Below, in pieces: positions 57,044 to 64,000 of a DNA stretch of 64,000 nt. The notes beneath the pieces were generated by a model that saw nothing but the letters and a program-made list of their open reading frames with translations, did no database searches and had not been told where the DNA came from. Position numbers and translations under genes: made by a program. Within the stretch, counting starts at the first letter, position 1, and each line of letters begins with the position of its first letter. The DNA is from Thermoanaerobaculia bacterium (GTDB lineage Bacteria > Acidobacteriota > Thermoanaerobaculia > Multivoradales > Multivoraceae): the NCBI GenBank assembly GCA_963664405.1, contig OY761158.1, positions 3,616,001 to 3,680,000 on the forward strand. Reading direction: 5' to 3'.

Positions 57044-58594
57044 GTGGCTCGCAAGAAGTTTTCCCGGCGCAGGCTTCCAGCCGGTGTGGTTTTCGAAGGC
57101 TTGGGCCACCCGCTCGGGTTGACTGCGGGCTTCGTCTTCACACTAGCCATGCTGCTAGGGGCTCCGCGGATCTCGGCGTATTCCGGCTCTGAAGAACCTT
57201 TCGTTGGGAGACTCGAAGAGGAAGTCATGAGCGCGCTGACGAGATATCGAGTGCCGGGGGTGGCAGTGGCGCTGTTACAGGAAGGCCGAGTCGCTTGGGA
57301 GCGGGGGTTCGGCGTTGCTGATCGGGGCTCCGGGGAGCTCATCGATGTGGACTCGGTGTTCCAGGTCGCTTCTCTTTCCAAGCCGGTGACGGCTCTCGGG
57401 GTGCTCCTTCTGGTCGAAGATGGGAAGCTCGATCTCGATAGGCCCGTGGGCGACTATTTGCGGCGCTGGAAGGTGCTTTCCTCCGACTTCGACGTCGATG
57501 GAGTCACCGCCCGTCGGCTGCTCAGCCATCGCGGCGGTACCAACCTGCACGGCTATCCCGGCTTCGAGCCGGACTCGCCATTGCCGGATCTCGAAGCTTC
57601 TCTCGCCGGTGCCACCGGGGGTGCAGGGAGAGTCGTGCTTGATTTCGAGCCGGGGTCACGGGTCAGCTACTCGAGCGGCGGCTACACCGTCCTTCAGCTT
57701 CTGATCGAAGAGATCAGTGGGGAGGATTTCGCGGTCTTCATGCGACGGAGGGTTCTGGAGCCACTCGGTATGCGGAGGAGTAGCTTCGACGGCGACCCCC
57801 AGTCACAGACGGCATCAGGCCATGGTTGGTGGGGGAACACACTTCCCGCCTATCGCTTTAGCGCCCGGGCGGCGAGCGGCCTGCACAGCACCGCCGGTGA
57901 TCTGGCCCGCTTTCTCGGAGTGCTCAGTGATCCCGTCGCGCAGGCGAAGGTCGGCATCTCGCCGGATCTGGTGGAGCTGATGCTCTCGCCCTCTGCAGAA
58001 GGGCGCGGGGGCTATAGCCTTGGCTTTGCCCTCGAAGCCGTGCCCGGCACCCGGATCGTCTCCCATGCCGGGGCCAATCGGGGTTGGAGGTCGGTCCTCG
58101 GCGCCGCCGCGGAGAGAGGGGACGCTATCGTCGTCCTCACCAATAGTGATCGGGGACTCCCTCTGACGATCGACGCTCTCTGCTCCTGGGGTCGCAACTC
58201 GACCGGACTGGAGCTCGCGAGCTGTTGGGCGGAGCGCAAGAGCCGCGGCACGTTGCTCGCGGTGGCTGCTCTCCTGTGTTTTGGGCTGGTGATGGATAGC
58301 TGGTCTCTTGCGCGCTATCGCTTCGGTGGAAGGTCGAGAGTCGACCCCGATCGATATCGATGGGTGACCCGAATCCGGCTGGCGCTCTCGCTGCTCGTTC
58401 TGGTTCTGTGGTGGTTGTTCTGGTACACCGACGAGATTGTCGTCCGTCGTGAAGGAGTAGAGAACTTCCTGCCGGTCTCCTCCGTCCCTCCGACTTTTTT
58501 CTGGCTTACCCTGGTCCTCAGTGTATGGTGTCTCCTCGGAGTGGTGAGGTGGCTTGCGGGCCTACGAGATGAGCGCGCTCCGGCGGTTGGGTAA
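57044..58594 (+). CDS. Beta-lactamase family serine hydrolase with C-terminal TM helices
   Basis: FQVASLSK (SxxK), LLSHRGG, YSSGGY, HAG; start uncertain. Confidence 0.88.
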   Translation: MARKKFSRRRLPAGVVFEGLGHPLGLTAGFVFTLAMLLGAPRISAYSGSEEPFVGRLEEEVMSALTRYRVPGVAVALLQEGRVAWERGFGVADRGSGELIDVDSVFQVASLSKPVTALGVLLLVEDGKLDLDRPVGDYLRRWKVLSSDFDVDGVTARRLLSHRGGTNLHGYPGFEPDSPLPDLEASLAGATGGAGRVVLDFEPGSRVSYSSGGYTVLQLLIEEISGEDFAVFMRRRVLEPLGMRRSSFDGDPQSQTASGHGWWGNTLPAYRFSARAASGLHSTAGDLARFLGVLSDPVAQAKVGISPDLVELMLSPSAEGRGGYSLGFALEAVPGTRIVSHAGANRGWRSVLGAAAERGDAIVVLTNSDRGLPLTIDALCSWGRNSTGLELASCWAERKSRGTLLAVAALLCFGLVMDSWSLARYRFGGRSRVDPDRYRWVTRIRLALSLLVLVLWWLFWYTDEIVVRREGVENFLPVSSVPPTFFWLTLVLSVWCLLGVVRWLAGLRDERAPAVG

Positions 58595-59466
58595 TGGCGA
58601 TTTTCAAACGGCAAACCTCGGGCTCGGTCGTCTGCTCAGCATGCGGCAGGCTGGTCGGAGTCAACGACGAGAGCTGCTACAACTGCGGCCGCCGCAACCC
58701 CGGGATGTGGGGCTTCGCTCAGGCGCTGCGCGGCTTCGGCCAAGACCTTGGCTTTACCAAGCTCGTTGTCGGCGCCTGCGGGCTCCTGTATGCGCTGATG
58801 TTGGTTACTGATCTCGAAGGAATCGGCAACGCAGGCATGTTCGGGATGCTCTCACCCAGCCACCGAAGCGCAATGCTGTTTGGTGCTTCAGGATTCGTTC
58901 CGGTATTGCGGCTGGACCGTTGGTGGACCGTGCTCAGTGCCGGTTGGCTTCACGGTGGGCTGTTGCACATCGGCTTCAACATGATGTGGGCCTATCAGCT
59001 TGTGCCTGCAGTCGCGCGTCTCTATGGACCCGGACGCGTGGTGATCATCTACCTCCTCTCTTCAGTCGTCGGCTTTGCCGCTTCCAGCCTTGCTGTCTTC
59101 TTACCTCTTCGCATCTTCTTTCTGCGCCCGGCGCCCCTCACGCTCGGTGCCTCCGCAGCGATCCTGGGTCTTCTGGGTGCCCTGGTCTACTACGGCAAGC
59201 GCAGCGGAAGCTCGATGGTCGGAAGGCAGGCCTTGGTCTATGCTGTGGCGCTGATCATCTTTGGTTTTGTGATGTCGGGCGTCGACAACTGGGCCCATAT
59301 CGGCGGCTTTAGCAGCGGCTACCTGGTCGCGAAGTGGCTCGATCCGTTAAAGCCCGAGCGTGCAGACCACGCGATCATTGCAATCGCTTTACTGGTTCTT
59401 AGCCTGCTTTCGGTGATCGTTTCTGTTCTCCACGGTCTCGCTCTCGTTCGCGCTGGACTTTTCTAG
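58594..59466 (+). CDS. Rhomboid intramembrane serine protease with N-terminal zinc-ribbon
   Basis: CSAC..CYNC; HGGLLHIGFNM, GAS, AHIGG. Confidence 0.92.
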   Translation: MAIFKRQTSGSVVCSACGRLVGVNDESCYNCGRRNPGMWGFAQALRGFGQDLGFTKLVVGACGLLYALMLVTDLEGIGNAGMFGMLSPSHRSAMLFGASGFVPVLRLDRWWTVLSAGWLHGGLLHIGFNMMWAYQLVPAVARLYGPGRVVIIYLLSSVVGFAASSLAVFLPLRIFFLRPAPLTLGASAAILGLLGALVYYGKRSGSSMVGRQALVYAVALIIFGFVMSGVDNWAHIGGFSSGYLVAKWLDPLKPERADHAIIAIALLVLSLLSVIVSVLHGLALVRAGLF

Positions 59467-59529
59467 CGAAGCGCGCCCTCGTGCTGGAGGCGGCGCTGAT
59501 TGCGCGCGAACTACAGAGGTGAAAGTGGT

Positions 59530-59567
59530 CTTGCATAAATTCTCATGTCGGTGCATAATAATTCGAT
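59530..59567 (+). promoter_or_regulatory. Tandem ARG boxes overlapping sigma70 promoter
   Basis: CTTGCATAAATTCTCATG and GGTGCATAATAATTCGAT 2 bp apart; TTGCAT-N17-CATAAT. Confidence 0.8.
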
Positions 59568-60597
59568 GTTGAACGCGAGCGTGGTTGGCGCTTCGGGGTA
59601 TTCGGGTGGTGAGCTGGTACGGCTTCTGACGTCGCACCCCGGCGTCGAGCTGGGCACAGTGACCGCCAACCAACAGCAGGGCCAACGAATGGATCACTCT
59701 TTTCCTTCTCTTCGCGCCTTCACCGAGGCCACTCTCGAGGCTCCCGATTGGCAGCGGCTTGGCGCATCCAGCGACGTGGTCTTTCTCGCCTTACCGCATG
59801 GCCTGTCGATGAGCGCGGTTCCCGAGTTGCGCCAGGGTGGGGCACGAGTGGTCGATCTGGGCGCCGACTTTCGCCTCCGCGACACCGATGCCTATACCCG
59901 CTGGTACGGCCTCGAGCACACCGCGCCGGCGCTCTTGCGTGAGGCGGTCTACGGCCTTCCCGAGCTTCATCGGGAGAAGATCCGCGCTGCCGACCTGGTT
60001 GCCTGCCCTGGCTGCTATCCGACGGCGGCGACACTCGCCCTGCTGCCGGCATTGGCGTTCCGTGAAGAAGGCGCACCGATTATCGTCGACGCCAAGTCGG
60101 GAGTGTCGGGGGCCGGGCGGGGAGCCAGTCTAGGCACTCACTTCAGCGAGGTGAACGAGAACGTCAAGCCCTACAACCTTGGCATCCACCGGCACACCCC
60201 CGAGATGGGACAGAATTTTGCCGATGCCGGTGCCGCCGAGGGAGTCTTCTTCTCGCCCCATCTGATACCGATGACCCGTGGCATTCTGGCCACTTGCTAT
60301 CTGCGTACTTCGAGAGCCGTTAGCCGGGAAGAGGCGATGGCGACCTACGTTGAGCGCTACGCCGACTGCCCCTTCGTACGGGTTCTTGGCGACAAGCTGC
60401 CCGAGACCAAAGCTACGCAGGGCTCCAATTTCTGTGATGTCTCCGTCGCGGTCGACGCCGACCAAAAGTTGATCGTGGGCCTTGCGGCCCTCGACAACCT
60501 GGTGAAAGGGGCCGCCGGCCAGGCGATCCAATGTATGAACTTAATGTTCGGACTTCCAGAGGAGGAAGGGCTATGGCAGCCACCACTCTTTCCGTAG
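59566..60597 (+). CDS. argC: N-acetyl-gamma-glutamyl-phosphate reductase
   Basis: GASGYSG, PGCYPT, SGVSGAG, DNLVKGAAGQA. Confidence 0.96.
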   Translation: MLNASVVGASGYSGGELVRLLTSHPGVELGTVTANQQQGQRMDHSFPSLRAFTEATLEAPDWQRLGASSDVVFLALPHGLSMSAVPELRQGGARVVDLGADFRLRDTDAYTRWYGLEHTAPALLREAVYGLPELHREKIRAADLVACPGCYPTAATLALLPALAFREEGAPIIVDAKSGVSGAGRGASLGTHFSEVNENVKPYNLGIHRHTPEMGQNFADAGAAEGVFFSPHLIPMTRGILATCYLRTSRAVSREEAMATYVERYADCPFVRVLGDKLPETKATQGSNFCDVSVAVDADQKLIVGLAALDNLVKGAAGQAIQCMNLMFGLPEEEGLWQPPLFP

Positions 60598-61805
60598 ACA
60601 CCGGCTCGCCGGTGGAGACTTGTTCGGGCGACGTAACCAGCCCTCAGGGCTTCCGCGCCGCCGGAATCCACTGCGGCCTGAAGAAGACCAAGCTTGATCT
60701 GGCTCTGGTTCTATCGGATCGACCGGCCAGCGCCGCCGGCCTCTTCACCCAGAACAAAGTGAAGGCTGCGCCGGTACTTCACTCCCAGCGAGTCATCGCA
60801 ACCGGCTCGGCTCGGGCGATTCTTTGTAATAGCGCCAACGCCAACGCCTGTACCGGCGACTCCGGTTTGCGCGATGCCCGGGAGATGGGCTCGCTGGCGG
60901 CCGAAGAGCTCGGCTTGGTGTCGTCTCAGGTGGTCGTGGCTTCGACCGGGGTCATTGGAGTACCCCTCGATATGGGCGCGATCCGCAGTGGAATCCCTCG
61001 CCTGGTGGCGGATCTCGCCCCGTCGGGCGAGACCGCGGCGCAAGCGATCATGACCACCGACACTTATCCCAAGGCGGCAGCCGTTCGCTTCAAGGTGGGA
61101 GAAAAGGAAGTCGTGATCGGCGGAATAGCCAAGGGCGTGGGCATGATTCAGCCCAATATGGCGACGACTCTGTGCTTTCTCACTACCGATGCGGCGATGG
61201 CGCCGGCCCTCTTGCAGGCGACGCTGTACCAGGCCATCGAAGGCTCGTTCAACCGCGTAACGATCGATGGCGACACCAGCACGAATGATTGCGCGATTCT
61301 TCTCGCCAATGGAGCCTCGGGCGTAGAGATCGAAGCCGACAGCGACGAGTATCAGAGCTTCGTTGCTGCGCTGGGGTCGATCACGGTAGATCTGGCCAAA
61401 ATGCTGGTGCGCGATGCTGAAGGTGGAACCAAAGTCATTACTTTGACGGTCGACGGAGCAAAAGACGACGCGGAGGCGCTTCGGGCCGCTTTCACCATCG
61501 CCAACTCACCGCTGGTAAAGACCGCCTTCTATGGCGGTCAGGCCAACTGGGGCCGGGTTCTGGCAGCGGCCGGGCGCGCCGGCGTCGAGATGGACGAGTC
61601 GCGCTCCGACATTCTCTTCAATGGCGTAGCGGTGGCTCGGGGTGGCCTCCCGGTTCTGGAGAACATGGCCGCTGCCGAATTGGAGCTGCGCAAGCCGGAG
61701 ATCGAGGTCCAGATGTCTCTGGCCGCCGGCTCCGGTAGCGCTACGGTTTGGACCTCAGATCTCACCGAAGAGTACGTTCGCATCAATGGGAGTTACATAA
61801 GTTGA
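60573..61805 (+). CDS. argJ: Glutamate N-acetyltransferase/ornithine acetyltransferase
   Basis: STGVIG, IMTTD, KGVGMIQPNMAT, DGDTSTND. Confidence 0.96.
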   Translation: MAATTLSVDTGSPVETCSGDVTSPQGFRAAGIHCGLKKTKLDLALVLSDRPASAAGLFTQNKVKAAPVLHSQRVIATGSARAILCNSANANACTGDSGLRDAREMGSLAAEELGLVSSQVVVASTGVIGVPLDMGAIRSGIPRLVADLAPSGETAAQAIMTTDTYPKAAAVRFKVGEKEVVIGGIAKGVGMIQPNMATTLCFLTTDAAMAPALLQATLYQAIEGSFNRVTIDGDTSTNDCAILLANGASGVEIEADSDEYQSFVAALGSITVDLAKMLVRDAEGGTKVITLTVDGAKDDAEALRAAFTIANSPLVKTAFYGGQANWGRVLAAAGRAGVEMDESRSDILFNGVAVARGGLPVLENMAAAELELRKPEIEVQMSLAAGSGSATVWTSDLTEEYVRINGSYIS

Positions 61806-62674
61806 GCAAAGAGACGGGGGCTGTGCCGGCCGACTTCGGCAGCTACCTCTCCAGCGCTCTGCGGTATGTGGCGGAGTGGCGACAGAAACGGGTGGTGGTC
61901 AAGTTCGGTGGCCAAGCGCTGGAGAAGAACGAGCTCGGCACTCTGGTCGATGACCTGGTGCTTCTCCAGCACTCCGGTCTGCGCCCGGTTCTGGTTCATG
62001 GCGGAGGGCCCGAGATCTCGCGGACCCTGGAACGCCTCGGAGTCGAGTCCTCCTTCGTCGATGGCTTGCGGGTTACCGACGAAGAATCGATGGCAGTGGT
62101 CGAGATGGTCCTCGCCGGCCGGGTCAACAAAAGGCTCGTGTCGATGATCCACGAGCACGGTGGCCGAGCGGTCGGGCTCTCGGGTAAAGACGGCCTCACC
62201 CTCCAGGCGCGGCCCCATGCGCGAAGCGAGGAGCTCGGTTTTGTCGGCGAGGTGGATTCGATCGATACCGAGCTTCTCGACACCCTTGTCGAGCGCAACT
62301 ACATTCCGGTGCTCTGTTCGGTCGGCAGCGGGGAGGGAGGGCAGAGCTACAACCTCAACGCCGACGTTGTGGCGGGCGCTCTTGCGGTCGCGATGGGAGT
62401 GGAAAAACTCATCGTTTTGACTGATGTGAGAGGGATTCATCAACCCACCGAGAACGGCCAGGAGCGCATCGCCACGCTTTCGGTCGCAGAGGCAGAGGAG
62501 CTGATGGAGTCGGGCATAGTCTCGCGCGGCATGGTGCCGAAACTTCGTGCTTGCCTCGATGCTGTGAACGCGGGAGTTCCAAGCGCCCATATCATCGCTG
62601 CCGGAGAGCTTCACGGTGTGCTGATCGAGCTCTTCACCGAGTCGGGCATCGGCACCATGATTCGCAAAGAGTGA
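61802..62674 (+). CDS. argB: Acetylglutamate kinase
   Basis: VVKFGG, VHGGGP, GLRVTD, NLNAD, GMVPK. Confidence 0.95.
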   Translation: MSKETGAVPADFGSYLSSALRYVAEWRQKRVVVKFGGQALEKNELGTLVDDLVLLQHSGLRPVLVHGGGPEISRTLERLGVESSFVDGLRVTDEESMAVVEMVLAGRVNKRLVSMIHEHGGRAVGLSGKDGLTLQARPHARSEELGFVGEVDSIDTELLDTLVERNYIPVLCSVGSGEGGQSYNLNADVVAGALAVAMGVEKLIVLTDVRGIHQPTENGQERIATLSVAEAEELMESGIVSRGMVPKLRACLDAVNAGVPSAHIIAAGELHGVLIELFTESGIGTMIRKE

Positions 62675-62716
62675 GGGCATCGGGCGATCATCATCGGAAA
62701 GAGTGAAGGAGAGGCC

Positions 62717-63910
62717 ATGAGTGGAGAAGATTGTCTGTTCACGAATTACAGCCCGGCCCAGGTCGCGTTCACCCACGGCAACGGGGTGCGATTGTGGGAC
62801 GCGCGCGGCCGCGAGTACCTCGACTTCATCGCCGGTATCGCGACCAGCTCACTCGGCCATGCCCATCCTCGGCTGGTAGAGGCGATTGCTGGCCAAGCCG
62901 AGCGCTATCTCCATGTCTCGAACCTCTATCGCATCCCGGAGCAGGAGGTGGCGGCCGGCCTACTCATCGAGGCGACTCGCCATAAGGACCTGGGTCTCGA
63001 CCGCGTTTTCTTTTGCAACAGCGGCACCGAGGCCAACGAGGCCGCGATCAAGATCGCTCGTAAGCGGGGCTCCGCTCAGGGCCGCTACAAGATCTTGGCC
63101 ACCCACGCCGGCTTTCACGGGCGCACGATCGGCAGTCTCGCGGCAACCGGAACCCCTCGCTATAAGGAAGGCTTCGGCCCGCTGCCGGAGGGCTTCTTCT
63201 TCGTCGACTACAACGATCTCGAAGGTGCCGTCGCCGCCGTCGACGAGGAGTTCTGTGCCGTACTGGTAGAGCCCATGCAAGGTGAAGGCGGTATCCATCC
63301 ATCGAACCCCGGCTACCTCAGCGGCCTGGAGGCGCTCTGTCGCGACCAGGACCTTCTTTTCATGCTCGACGAAGTGCAGACCGGTATCGGTCGTACCGGC
63401 TCGATGTTCGGTTTTCACCACTATGGTGTGCAGCCGGACCTGATCACTCTGGCCAAGGGGCTCGGTGGCGGGGTGCCGGTAGGTGCCGTTGTCGCCCGAG
63501 ACGAAGTGGCGGCGCTGTTGGTTCCTGGCGACCACGGCTCGACCTTCGGCGGAAATCCTCTTGCCACTGTCGCCGTCGCCGCGGTGCTCGAGACCATCCA
63601 CGACGAGGGGCTTCTGGACAGCGTGCAACGAATGGGGGAGCGACTTCGCGCCGAGCTGCTGACTCTCGACGCGGTAGAGTCGGTGAGGGGTCTGGGTCTT
63701 CTGATCGCCGCGGAGCTGGTTATCGAGGCTGCCCCGGTAGTGAATCGCTGTTTGGAGCACGGCCTTCTGGTCAACGCCGTTGGACCGAAGAGTGTGCGCT
63801 TCGCGCCACCGCTGATCGTCACCGCCGGCGAGGTCGATCGTGCGCTAGCGATCTTCTCGCGGGTCCTGTCGACTTTTGCTCCCTCGAAGGAGGACGGTGC
63901 GCCGAGATGA
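62717..63910 (+). CDS. argD: Acetylornithine aminotransferase
   Basis: NSGTEANE, FHGRT, DEVQTG, LAKGLGGG, HGSTFGGNP. Confidence 0.94.
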   Translation: MSGEDCLFTNYSPAQVAFTHGNGVRLWDARGREYLDFIAGIATSSLGHAHPRLVEAIAGQAERYLHVSNLYRIPEQEVAAGLLIEATRHKDLGLDRVFFCNSGTEANEAAIKIARKRGSAQGRYKILATHAGFHGRTIGSLAATGTPRYKEGFGPLPEGFFFVDYNDLEGAVAAVDEEFCAVLVEPMQGEGGIHPSNPGYLSGLEALCRDQDLLFMLDEVQTGIGRTGSMFGFHHYGVQPDLITLAKGLGGGVPVGAVVARDEVAALLVPGDHGSTFGGNPLATVAVAAVLETIHDEGLLDSVQRMGERLRAELLTLDAVESVRGLGLLIAAELVIEAAPVVNRCLEHGLLVNAVGPKSVRFAPPLIVTAGEVDRALAIFSRVLSTFAPSKEDGAPR

Positions 63911-64000
63911 CCCAGGACAAATTGTGGGGCGGGCGCTTCGAGGGCGCCGTCGATTCGCGTATCGACGCCTTTACCTCAGCTCTGTCCTTTGATCGGCGGT
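63907..64000 (+). CDS. argH: Argininosuccinate lyase (5' partial)
   Basis: MTQDKLWGGRF N-terminus; ATGA overlap with argD. Confidence 0.85.
   Translation, partial: MTQDKLWGGRFEGAVDSRIDAFTSALSFDRR

Noticed and set aside
57044-58594. Antibiotic-resistance class C beta-lactamase
   Set aside because: YSS and HAG in place of YxN and KTG, plus a TM tail, indicate a generic serine hydrolase

Overview
GC-rich bacterial chromosome segment, most consistent with Acidobacteriota (probably Thermoanaerobaculia), inferred from GWxTD-like/VWA, PEGA and repeated 'LCL..RF.V..W' C-terminal domain proteins. Contents in order: end of the nuo operon (H-I-J-K-L-M-N) running into an F0-only atp block (atpZ/I-B-E); a SigH/SigR-like ECF sigma with a truncated anti-sigma-like ORF; M23 peptidase; GHMP sugar kinase; a 1048-aa secreted multidomain protein; a Wzm/Wzt glycan export cluster with six glycosyltransferases; ogt, maeB, mltG, ruvX; a frameshifted lptD; two nucleotide-sugar enzymes; a ~12.7-kb respiratory cluster (HEAT protein, Rieske, split cytochrome b6-type complex, octaheme cytochrome c, cupredoxin-like lipoprotein, heme O synthase, A-type oxidase) behind a perfect Rex-type operator; a VWA protein, xseAB, serine hydrolase, rhomboid, and argC-J-B-D-H behind tandem ARG boxes. 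Unexplained by the genes: several small non-coding palindromic elements bounded by CTAG and mostly sitting on TAG stop codons (two types share a core and one copy is a chimera of both), a 67-bp tandem REP-like array, heptamer repeats, and an orphan terminator suggesting an sRNA. No rRNA, tRNA, CRISPR array or transposase was recognised. All calls are from motif recognition by eye; no searches were run.
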